Below are positions 35,307 through 43,644 of a DNA stretch of 64,000 nt, in pieces; the first letter of the stretch is position 1; each line of letters starts with the position of its first letter. The stretch is from Terriglobia bacterium. Its GTDB lineage: Bacteria > Acidobacteriota > Terriglobia > Bryobacterales > Bryobacteraceae. The notes beneath the pieces were generated by a model, which had not been told where the DNA came from, searched no databases, and worked only from the letters and a program-made list of their open reading frames with translations. The translations under genes were made by a program, and so were the position numbers. The stretch lies in contig PSRJ01000194.1 of the NCBI GenBank assembly GCA_003175985.1, positions 10,366 to 74,365 on the forward strand. The letters are read 5' to 3'.

Positions 35307-36974
35307 CTACTTGACCAGTTTGAAGTCGGTCTCCTTAGCTCTTTCGAGTTGCGCCGGGAGCTGGAGTTCCCATGCGAGGTAGTCATCAGCAGCTTTGCGG
35401 AACTCGGCACTCGCCGGGTCCAACTGCCCCCAAAGAAACGGCTGCACGAAGATATCGTCAACCTGAGTCCCGGGCCTCTCCATTCCCGATTTCATTGGAA
35501 GCCCCGCCTTCTGCCAGGCAGCGTTGCCTCCAGCCAAAACGCTGACGGACTTGCCGGTGAGCCTTGCGAGGTCCTGGGCAGTGAGTGCGGCCAAAGTCGC
35601 ATTGTTTCCTGTTACGACGAGGTTTTCCGAAAGTGGCATCCTGTTGATACTTTCTCCCAAGCGTGCACGGATCACGAACCAGGCTCCCGGAATGTGCCCT
35701 TTGGCATAACTGGAACTGTCTGCCGCATCGACGACAGTGGCACTGTTCGTATTCAACATTTCCCTGAGCTTCGCGGCATCGATAGCAGGGAGAGTCTGCT
35801 TGCTTAGGCCCAAGCTCACGGGTTTATAGTCGCCGCTCGTCAGCTCCACACCCCGAAAGGGGTCCGCCAGAACGTAAGTCTCCGGCCAATCCGCCTGCAC
35901 CAGCCAGGACGCCGTCATAAGGGCTCGGACCAAATAGTTGTCCACCAGCACTATCCGGGCGTGCCGGGTGGCGGCGTACTTGTCCATGCCCTGCACTAAT
36001 TGAACACCCCAGCCATAGGAAGAATCGGGCCGATGTCCCGCGCGGTATTCTTCCGGCGTACGCAGATCGATAAGATAGACCGTGCGATCCTTATCTGCTT
36101 TGAACGTCGCCAGAGTTTGAGCGTCGATGGTTTTCACTCCATACCGGTCCGCGACTTTCTGTGCTGCCTCGAGCGCTTGCTGAAAATGTTGTTCGGATGG
36201 TTTCGGCGCATCACGCTTCGAACCGTGCTCCAGTTCAAAGCCGCTGGTTTGCCAGGCCATGGTCCCGCCATTTAGCGCAACTACTTTATTCTTCACTCCA
36301 GCGTTGATGAGGCTTTGCGCCCCGATGATGCTTCGCGTACGCCCGGCGCAATTCACCACCACCAGAGTTTCCGGTTTCACTCCGAGTTCCGGAAAACGAT
36401 AGACGAGCTCAGACCCCGGCACGTTGATCGAGCCCGGAATGTTCATGTCGGCGTATTCGTTGGCGGGGCGGCTATCGAGGATCAGAACGTTTTCCCCGTT
36501 TACGATTTTGCGGTGCAGATCCTCGGCGGTTATCTGCGGCGTGTTATAGTGCACCGCGATCCATTCTCCGAAGGCCTTGCCCGGAACGCTCATACCGCTA
36601 AAGATTTCGTAGCCGGCCTTTTTCCATGCCCGATATCCGCCCTTCAGTACCGCAACGTTCGTGTAACCCAGTTCTTGCAGCCTCACGGCCGCGCGCTCGG
36701 CTGTTCCCTCCCCGCCATCCGCAAGAACGATTCGCGTGGATAGGCGTGGCACGAGCGAATCAACATTGAGCTCCAACTTGCTTAGGGGAATATTGACCGC
36801 GTGCAAAAGATGCCCGGAACCGTAAGTGCCTTCTTCTCTCGGGTCGAGGATCGCGAGTTCTTTCCCATCGTTCTGGAGCTTCTTCAGTTGAACGGCGCTG
36901 ACACTGGTGACGCCGCCGGCCGCAGACACTATTACTGTTGCAAGCATTAGCATCATTACCTTTTGGTTCTTCAT
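35307..36974 (-). CDS. exported four-domain rhodanese-like sulfurtransferase
   Basis: I trimmed the start to the ATG at 36974, which has a GGAGGG SD just upstream. Signal-like MKNQKVMMLMLATVIVSAAGGVTSVSA|V. There are four rhodanese-like modules, and only the second has an active-site Cys loop (VVNCAGRTRS). Confidence 0.88.
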   Translation of the reverse strand: MKNQKVMMLMLATVIVSAAGGVTSVSAVQLKKLQNDGKELAILDPREEGTYGSGHLLHAVNIPLSKLELNVDSLVPRLSTRIVLADGGEGTAERAAVRLQELGYTNVAVLKGGYRAWKKAGYEIFSGMSVPGKAFGEWIAVHYNTPQITAEDLHRKIVNGENVLILDSRPANEYADMNIPGSINVPGSELVYRFPELGVKPETLVVVNCAGRTRSIIGAQSLINAGVKNKVVALNGGTMAWQTSGFELEHGSKRDAPKPSEQHFQQALEAAQKVADRYGVKTIDAQTLATFKADKDRTVYLIDLRTPEEYRAGHRPDSSYGWGVQLVQGMDKYAATRHARIVLVDNYLVRALMTASWLVQADWPETYVLADPFRGVELTSGDYKPVSLGLSKQTLPAIDAAKLREMLNTNSATVVDAADSSSYAKGHIPGAWFVIRARLGESINRMPLSENLVVTGNNATLAALTAQDLARLTGKSVSVLAGGNAAWQKAGLPMKSGMERPGTQVDDIFVQPFLWGQLDPASAEFRKAADDYLAWELQLPAQLERAKETDFKLVK

Positions 36975-37182
36975 AACCCTCCTTTGGCCGCCAGGTAGGC
37001 GGCGGTCCGGAATCGGCCAAGTTTTGGCGCCGGGCATCCGAGGATCCAGGGACTTGTGAGCGCGAGCGGGCGTTCACCCTGATAGAAGGTATCACAAAGT
37101 GGGTCTTGAGTCTCGAACGAAGGGCGGATAATGTCACCAGTGCCAGCACTCACGGGCGGCTCCTGATATATACTGGCGCATC

Positions 37183-37641
37183 ATGAAAACTACGCTGTTC
37201 CTCATCACTGTGGGCCTGGCTACGCTCCACGCCGCCGATCCCGCTAAGCCCGCCTTCTGGAGCGCCGCGCAGACACGGGAAGCCGTGAAGAAACTCCCGG
37301 CTAAGGTGAATCCCGAACGCCACCTCGCTACTGAGCGTTTCATGGATTCCGCCTTCATCGCCTACCGCGACGGCAATGGAGAAGCCGAGCTGCACGAGAA
37401 GCAAGCGGACTTAATCTTCTTTCACGAGGGGCAGGGCGTGGTCCTTGTGGGGGGCAAGATGATGGAAGGGAGGTCTACTGCGCCCGAGGAGCAGCGCGGC
37501 AAAGGTATCGAAGGCGGTGTCCGTTATCCCGTCGCCGCCGGAGATACCCTCTATATTCCGCCCGACACCGTACACCAGTTTGTGGTCGAGCCGGGCCAGC
37601 ACTTCACTGCCACGGTGGTTAAGTTCACCCCCAAGCCTTAG
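37183..37641 (+). CDS. secreted cupin-fold protein
   Basis: Signal peptide MKTTLFLITVGLATLHA|A. Cupin-like barrel (DLIFFHEGQGVVLVGG ... GDTLYIPPDTVHQF). Confidence 0.75.
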   Translation: MKTTLFLITVGLATLHAADPAKPAFWSAAQTREAVKKLPAKVNPERHLATERFMDSAFIAYRDGNGEAELHEKQADLIFFHEGQGVVLVGGKMMEGRSTAPEEQRGKGIEGGVRYPVAAGDTLYIPPDTVHQFVVEPGQHFTATVVKFTPKP

Positions 37642-37662
37642 CAGGCTGCGGGAAAACGCCTT

Positions 37663-37681
37663 GGCAGGCTAAATGCCTGCC
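37663..37681. terminator. GC-rich hairpin in the convergent intergenic region (no U tract)
   Basis: GGCAGGC (37663-37669) / GCCTGCC (37675-37681) with loop TAAAT. It lies 22 nt after the cupin stop. The lack of a T run makes the terminator call weak. Confidence 0.25.
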
Positions 37682-37718
37682 CCACCATCGTTCCCAAACT
37701 GTTGATTCTTCGTGGTGG

Positions 37719-37738
37719 CGCAGGCGGTTTCGCCTGCG
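37719..37738. terminator. second GC-rich hairpin in the same convergent intergenic region
   Basis: CGCAGGCG (37719-37726) / CGCCTGCG (37731-37738) with loop GTTT. No flanking T run on either strand. Confidence 0.25.
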
Positions 37739-37825
37739 AATCGTGCGCTCGGATTCGGCCACCCGGCAAGTCACACCTTTCGAGACGTCCCGGCGATTTT
37801 CGGCCTTGCACAATCGCGAGCACAC

Positions 37826-39058
37826 TCAGCGTTTCATTCCCGGCAGCGGTTGAACCACTGTATTCGTCATATTCGCATTGGCAAATTCCGTGGAAGCACC
37901 GGTTCGTGCTCCCGGCGCGGGGAGCAGCCGTGCAGCTAAGGGCTTGTTCCAGCGGTATGCCAGCCAGGCTACATCGCCAAGAATGCGTGCGATCTGTTGT
38001 TCGGTAACGTCGCCGGGTAGAGGCACCGTATCCACTCCGCCGGCACAGACCGCGGAATATGCCAGGATCGAATCGAGAGTAAATGTACCTTCCGCCCAGC
38101 GGCGGGCCAGCAGGCGGTCTTCCATTACAGGAATCATCAGGCCGGAGTAGCCCGTATGCTTGATCGGCGTGGCTTGCACCGCGCGGGTAATAATGCCCGA
38201 AGCGGTCAAAGTGCCGATCGAGCCAAAGGGACCGCCCGTGAAGGACTCTATCGCGGCTGCAATGGAATTATCTCCAAGGGGCGCCGGTGTGGCATCGATT
38301 CCCTCATAGGTCCACCCTGTCGTGGACGCGAGACGCATTGCGATCGCTTCAGCCTCCCTGGTGTACTTCGCGATAGCCTCGGCCAAATGTTGCTCGGCTG
38401 CCATCGGATCCCGGTAGTGTCCGAACACATCGGCCACGACACTCGCGCCTTCTATGGCGATCGCAAAGGCGTGGCCCTTCCCCAGATGATAGGAGCCGGG
38501 ATAGTAGGGCCCGTAAGGCTTCACCATCGCGATTGCCCCGAAATTGAAGTTGCCTTCCCCCTTCCGGCTACGTTCGGAAACTCGCTTGATCAATTTCGCT
38601 GCTTCGTTGATGCTTCGCCAGTGAATGCCCTTATCGTCGGCTGAGATCATATTGCCGGCGACGCCAATGTTCGACAGGATCTCAGTTAACAGCTCGACGG
38701 GCGCGGTGTCGTCGGCATCGTTGATCATGGCGGGGCCGATGTTGAGGGCTGCAGGCGCTGTCTGTGCGGCCTCCCACATCCTGCGAACGAGGGCCAGAGC
38801 ATCCTCACGCTTCAGGCCTCGCGTGTAAAGGGGAAAGGGTTGTGTGGTGATCCGCCCGTTCGCTACGTCGAAGCCACCGTGGTTCAAAGCGTCTTTGGCA
38901 CTGGCCAGAAACTTTTGGGCTTGCGCGATTTGAGCGGCATAATTCGCTGCGTCGACTTCGATAAATGCCGTTACCGCGCGCACCCTGGGCCGGTTTTCGG
39001 CCGCGGAAATCACACCGATACACACTAAAGCCAATAGGGCAGTTCGCATTCGGGCCAT
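37826..39058 (-). CDS. DUF711/UPF0210 family protein with an N-terminal signal peptide
   Basis: I trimmed the start to the ATG at 39058 (MARMRTALLALVCIGVISA|AE), because the track start would overlap the upstream gene. Family-like stretches: RVRAVTAFIE and GYSGLMIPVMEDRLLA...AYSAVCAGGVDTVPLPGD. Confidence 0.8.
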   Translation of the reverse strand: MARMRTALLALVCIGVISAAENRPRVRAVTAFIEVDAANYAAQIAQAQKFLASAKDALNHGGFDVANGRITTQPFPLYTRGLKREDALALVRRMWEAAQTAPAALNIGPAMINDADDTAPVELLTEILSNIGVAGNMISADDKGIHWRSINEAAKLIKRVSERSRKGEGNFNFGAIAMVKPYGPYYPGSYHLGKGHAFAIAIEGASVVADVFGHYRDPMAAEQHLAEAIAKYTREAEAIAMRLASTTGWTYEGIDATPAPLGDNSIAAAIESFTGGPFGSIGTLTASGIITRAVQATPIKHTGYSGLMIPVMEDRLLARRWAEGTFTLDSILAYSAVCAGGVDTVPLPGDVTEQQIARILGDVAWLAYRWNKPLAARLLPAPGARTGASTEFANANMTNTVVQPLPGMKR

Positions 39059-39113
39059 ATCAGCTAGTTTGTGCGCCTGACGCGGCGGAGTCAATGGCGA
39101 GATGCTATTACTC

Positions 39114-40610
39114 TTACGCCTTCGCCTGCGTGCTGCCCACAATCTGCGGAATCAACTCACCCGAGACGTCGGTCAGCCGCATGTTGCGGCCGTTGAAATA
39201 GTAGGTCAGGCGTTTGTGATCAATACCGAGCAGGTGAAGCATGCTGGCGTGCAGGTCGTGGTTGGTGATCTTCTGATCTTCGGCCTTGTAGCCGACATCG
39301 TCGCTGTTGCCGATCTGCTGGCCGCCCTGAATTCCAGCGCCGGTTAAGAAGACCGTCATGGCTCCCGGGTTGTGATCGCGCCCTACGCCGCGCTGAGAAA
39401 TCGGCATACGGCCGAATTCGCTGTGCCAGAGCACCAGGGTGTCATCCAGCAGGCCGCGCTGTTTGAGATCCGTGATCAGCCCGGTGATCGGCTTGTCCAC
39501 TTCCTTCGCATGAAGCTGGTGGTTACTGACGATATTGGCGTGCGCGTCCCACGTATCCTCGATGCTGACGTATGCGCCGCTGATGAGTTGGACAAAGCGA
39601 ACTCCTCGTTCCACCAGGCGCCGGGCCAGCAGACACTGCCTCCCGTAACCGGCGGTAACCGGATCGTTCAGACCGTACATTTCCTTGGTCGCTTCGCTCT
39701 CCTTGGAGAGATCGACGGCCTCGGGCGCGCATGCCTGCATGCGGTATGCGAGCTCATACGAAGCGATCCGGGCCGAGAGTTCGGAGATACCCGGATATTT
39801 CTCATTGAAGTTCTGATTGAGCAGGGACAATTGATCGAGCCGGGCGCGCTCCTGATCCGGAGACATATAGGCGGCTGGGGCTGACAGGTCCAGGATGGGA
39901 TCCCCCTTGGAGCGAAAGACCGTGCCCTGATAGGCAGCGGGCAAGAAACCGGCCTGCCAGTTGGGAGGACCGGCATAAGGCCCGCCTTTCTGGTCCAGGA
40001 CCACCACGTAACCCGGAAGATTCTGGTTCTCGGTGCCGAGACCGTAGGTCACCCATGCGCCCACACTGGGAAAGCCCATCTGAATCGAGCCCGTGTTCCA
40101 CTCGTAATGGGAGATCACGTGATCGTTGGAAAGGCCCTGACAGGAGTGAATGAAGGCGAGGTCATCGACAATCGTCGAGATGTTGGGGAAGATCTCGGAG
40201 ACCCAAGCGCCCGACTGCCCGTATTGTTTGAAGCTGAACGGGCTCCTCATCAGCGGCCCGGGATAGCCCTGCCGCACCTTGACATCGCCCTTGCCTTCCA
40301 TGGGCATGCGGTTGTATTTTTCCAGCGCGGGCTTGTACTGGAACGTGTCGAGGTGGCTGACACCGCCGCTCATGAACAGCGAAATCATCGCTTTGGCGCG
40401 CGGTTTGAAATGCGGAGCCTTGGGGAGCAACGGAGAATCCGAGACGCCCGCGGAGCCCACGCATTCCGCAGCCAGAAGCCGGTCCTGGTTCAACAGGTCG
40501 ATTAGGGCCAGGCCGCCGATACCCATCCCGGCTTCCATCCAGAACTTCCGCCGGGAAATGAATTGGCGCTTTTTTCCGTGATCGCTTATGCTGTCTGGTA
40601 CGTCAGGCAT
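39114..40610 (-). CDS. DUF1501 (sulfatase/alkaline-phosphatase-like) protein with a Tat signal, copy 1
   Basis: Twin-Arg N-terminus FISRRKFWMEAGMGIGGLAL. SLFMSGGVSHLDTFQYKP and LVLWHSEFGRMP..GRDHNPGA are typical of the family. The gene starts 15 nt after the PSD1 stop. Confidence 0.92.
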   Translation of the reverse strand: MPDVPDSISDHGKKRQFISRRKFWMEAGMGIGGLALIDLLNQDRLLAAECVGSAGVSDSPLLPKAPHFKPRAKAMISLFMSGGVSHLDTFQYKPALEKYNRMPMEGKGDVKVRQGYPGPLMRSPFSFKQYGQSGAWVSEIFPNISTIVDDLAFIHSCQGLSNDHVISHYEWNTGSIQMGFPSVGAWVTYGLGTENQNLPGYVVVLDQKGGPYAGPPNWQAGFLPAAYQGTVFRSKGDPILDLSAPAAYMSPDQERARLDQLSLLNQNFNEKYPGISELSARIASYELAYRMQACAPEAVDLSKESEATKEMYGLNDPVTAGYGRQCLLARRLVERGVRFVQLISGAYVSIEDTWDAHANIVSNHQLHAKEVDKPITGLITDLKQRGLLDDTLVLWHSEFGRMPISQRGVGRDHNPGAMTVFLTGAGIQGGQQIGNSDDVGYKAEDQKITNHDLHASMLHLLGIDHKRLTYYFNGRNMRLTDVSGELIPQIVGSTQAKA

Positions 40611-40625
40611 CAGATTTTCCTTCCG

Positions 40626-43484
40626 CTACTCAATGTAGACAAATTCGTTGAGGTTCAAAGTCACGTGAGCCAGATCGGTGAGTGCCGATCGCATAGCCTT
40701 GTCCTCGTCAATGCTCGCGTTCTGAGGCGTCGCACGCTGGCGCTGCCTGTTCAGGAACGCCGCGTTGGTGTCCAGTTCTCTTGGTGTAGGTTCCCGGCTG
40801 AGAGCGATCCGGTACATCGCTTTGACTTGTTCCCGCGGATCCTTTCCAGCTTCCTTCTCGACCCGCTCGGCGAAGTGCTGCGCCTGAATGAGCAGGAATT
40901 CGTTGTTCAACATGGTGAGCGCCTGGGTAGGCACTGTACTGACGGAGCGCCGCTCGCACGTGACGTTAAGATCCGGCTCGTCAAAGACCTCGTACATCGG
41001 GTACTTCAGCCCCCGCTTGATATAGGCATACACACCGCGTCTCCAGGTGGAGGGCTCCTCCTTGGTCAACTCCCAAATGCCGCGCGGCTGGTCGGCCCGT
41101 ACCGACAGGGGAATGGCCGGGAAGAACGGGGGGCCACCGGCTTCGAGGTTGAGCGTTCCCGCAGCCGAGAGCGTGGCATCGCGGATCGCTTCGGCTTCGA
41201 GGCGGCGCACCGGGAATCTCCACAAGTAAACGTCCGTGGGATCTTTTTCCATATCGGGAGCACGGTAAAACGCGGACGCCATTTTGTACGTTTCCGAAGT
41301 CATGATGAGCTTTTGCATCTGTTTGATGCTCCAGCCGCGGCGCACGAATTCGGTGGCCAGCCAATCGAGCAGTTCGGGATGCGAAGGCAGCATGCCCATT
41401 TTGCCGAAATTCCCGGGAGTGGCGACGATCCCGCGGCCGAAATGCCAGCCCCAGATCCGGTTGACCATGACGCGGGCAGTCAGCGGATTTTCCTGGGACG
41501 CGATTGCTTCGGCCAATGCGCGGCGCCGTCCGCTGCTGACATAATCGGACCGGCTGGGCGGATGGGGCGTTAGGACAGGCGAGCCTTTGCTCAAGACGGT
41601 AAGAAAACCGGGCTCGACGAGGGTGCCTCTTTCGTCGGCCTTGATGTCCTCGCCGGTTGCCGCGAAATACAGCGCGGGGATTTCAAATTTCTGCCCCGGA
41701 GCCGGAAGGAAGCAGCACTTGACGTCATAGGTCGGCCGGCCGGTCCCCGGAATGTGCGAATCGCCAAGCCCATCGGGCGAGAGGCGATAGTCGCCATCGC
41801 GAACGCCATCCGCGACTGGCAGGGGCGGCGGGAGCTTATCTTCAATCTCCTGAATTTTGGCCTGCAACGCCGCGCGCTTCGCCTCGTCCGCGTCATTGAG
41901 TTTCAACCCGCGCTTGCCGTAATCATTGACACCGAAAACCTGGTCTGCCTTGGCCCTTGCTTTAGCTTTGGCGGAGGCGTGGACGTCCACCTGCACGTCG
42001 TCCGGGTTGACGTCATCCCCGCCGATTAGGACTTGAGCGACCAGCAGTTTCTGTCCCTGCGTTCTCTGCGCCTCGGGCGTTTTAATAGCGAGCTGAATGT
42101 CCGGAGGAAATTTCTTCAGAGCGTCCTGAACCTGCTGCTCTTTCTGTTTGTCCCGATAGGGCTTCTCGATTCGGGCGACTTCCTGCGACAGGGGCCGGAT
42201 CTGCTCCGCCAGTTGTTTCTCGATCCGCTCATAATCGTTCACCTGCTGCTTGGGCGCGAGCGGGTGGTCATATTCCACGTACCCCCAGAAATCGGCTACC
42301 GAGCGGTAATAATCCATGCGCGTGATCGGGTCGAACTTGTGGTCGTGGCATCGCGCGCAATTGACCGAAAGCCCCATGAAGCCTTGATACGTAGTGCGGA
42401 TCATGTCATCCATGTAGTCGTACCGGTAGGAAGGATAGTTCTTCTCCCGGAACCGGACGCGCGGGCCAACCCGGTAATACGTGGTCGCGATCAGGCTGTC
42501 GTAGTCAGGTTTATCGAGCTCGTCGCCTGCGATCTGTTCGATCACGAAGCGGTCATAGGGCTTGTCTTCGTTGAATGCTTTGATAGCGTAGTCGCGATAG
42601 CGCCATGCGTTTTCGATATTCAGGTCGTACTCGAAACCGGAGCTGTCGGCATATCGCACGACGTCCAGCCAGAAGCGCCCCCATCGTTCGCCATAGTGGG
42701 GGGACGCGAGCAGCCGGTCGATGAGTTTTTCATACGCGTTGGGCGCGGCATCGGCGACGAACGCATCGACTTCCGCGGGAGGCGGCAACACTCCCAGCAG
42801 ATCCAGATATGCCCGGCGGATCAGGGTTCTGCGATCGGCTTCCGGCGCAGGCTCCAGGCCCTTCTCATCCTGCATTTGGCGAATGAAGGCATCGATCGGA
42901 TTGCGATTCCAGCGGGAATCGCTCATGGCAGGCGGGTTGCGGCGCACCGGCTTCTGGAAAGCCCACCACTGGCGATCCGCGTCCGTGATCTGTCTTTCCG
43001 TGTACACTCCGTAAGGGGTACGAACCACGGGGGCAGCGGCAGCGGGCGCAGTGGAGGCGGTGGAGGGCGCGGCGCCGGCAGAATCCCATTTTGCACCCTG
43101 ATCGATCCAGCTCTTCAACAGCGCGGTTTCGGCGGCATTTAACGCCGGCACCGGGGGCATCGGCATCACGGGCTGCTGCAGCCCGGCCACCCGCCGGTAT
43201 AACGGGCTTGCCTCGGCGTTGCCTGGAATCAGCGCGGGACCCTTCTCACCGCCTTTGAGCATCCCCTCCCGGCTGCTCAAGTCAAGTTTCGACATTTGCA
43301 GCGACGGTCCATGGCACTGGAAACAGCGCTGCAGGACAGGCAGCACGTCATTGGCGGCAACTTGCGTCTGGGCTTGCACCCGGTGGGGAACGGTCCAGTT
43401 GGTAAGGCCGGCAATTCCGGACGCCAGCCCAAGAACCGCGGCGTAACTAAAATTCCGCCGCATTACACTACTGGACTGCTTCAT
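40626..43484 (-). CDS. PSD1/DUF1549/DUF1553 protein with an N-terminal planctomycete cytochrome c domain, copy 1
   Basis: I trimmed the start to the ATG at 43484, which has a GGAGGG SD 8 nt upstream (MKQSSSVMRRNFSYAAVLGLASG..). CFQCHGPSLQMSKLDLSSREGMLKGGEKGPALIPGN. CARCHDHKFDPITRMDYY (DUF1549 hallmark). Confidence 0.9.
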   Translation of the reverse strand: MKQSSSVMRRNFSYAAVLGLASGIAGLTNWTVPHRVQAQTQVAANDVLPVLQRCFQCHGPSLQMSKLDLSSREGMLKGGEKGPALIPGNAEASPLYRRVAGLQQPVMPMPPVPALNAAETALLKSWIDQGAKWDSAGAAPSTASTAPAAAAPVVRTPYGVYTERQITDADRQWWAFQKPVRRNPPAMSDSRWNRNPIDAFIRQMQDEKGLEPAPEADRRTLIRRAYLDLLGVLPPPAEVDAFVADAAPNAYEKLIDRLLASPHYGERWGRFWLDVVRYADSSGFEYDLNIENAWRYRDYAIKAFNEDKPYDRFVIEQIAGDELDKPDYDSLIATTYYRVGPRVRFREKNYPSYRYDYMDDMIRTTYQGFMGLSVNCARCHDHKFDPITRMDYYRSVADFWGYVEYDHPLAPKQQVNDYERIEKQLAEQIRPLSQEVARIEKPYRDKQKEQQVQDALKKFPPDIQLAIKTPEAQRTQGQKLLVAQVLIGGDDVNPDDVQVDVHASAKAKARAKADQVFGVNDYGKRGLKLNDADEAKRAALQAKIQEIEDKLPPPLPVADGVRDGDYRLSPDGLGDSHIPGTGRPTYDVKCCFLPAPGQKFEIPALYFAATGEDIKADERGTLVEPGFLTVLSKGSPVLTPHPPSRSDYVSSGRRRALAEAIASQENPLTARVMVNRIWGWHFGRGIVATPGNFGKMGMLPSHPELLDWLATEFVRRGWSIKQMQKLIMTSETYKMASAFYRAPDMEKDPTDVYLWRFPVRRLEAEAIRDATLSAAGTLNLEAGGPPFFPAIPLSVRADQPRGIWELTKEEPSTWRRGVYAYIKRGLKYPMYEVFDEPDLNVTCERRSVSTVPTQALTMLNNEFLLIQAQHFAERVEKEAGKDPREQVKAMYRIALSREPTPRELDTNAAFLNRQRQRATPQNASIDEDKAMRSALTDLAHVTLNLNEFVYIE

Positions 43485-43644
43485 ACTGATCGCCCTCCTC
43501 AGTTTGGACAAGCCCTCGCTTGGAAGCAAGTATAGTCGTTGGATGGGCGAATGTCCTATGCGATTGGCCAGCTTGTTTTAAGGAAATTAGGAGCGAATTC
43601 TTAGGGGGGCTAAGTTCTTGAAACCCAGCGGCATTGCGGACCAA

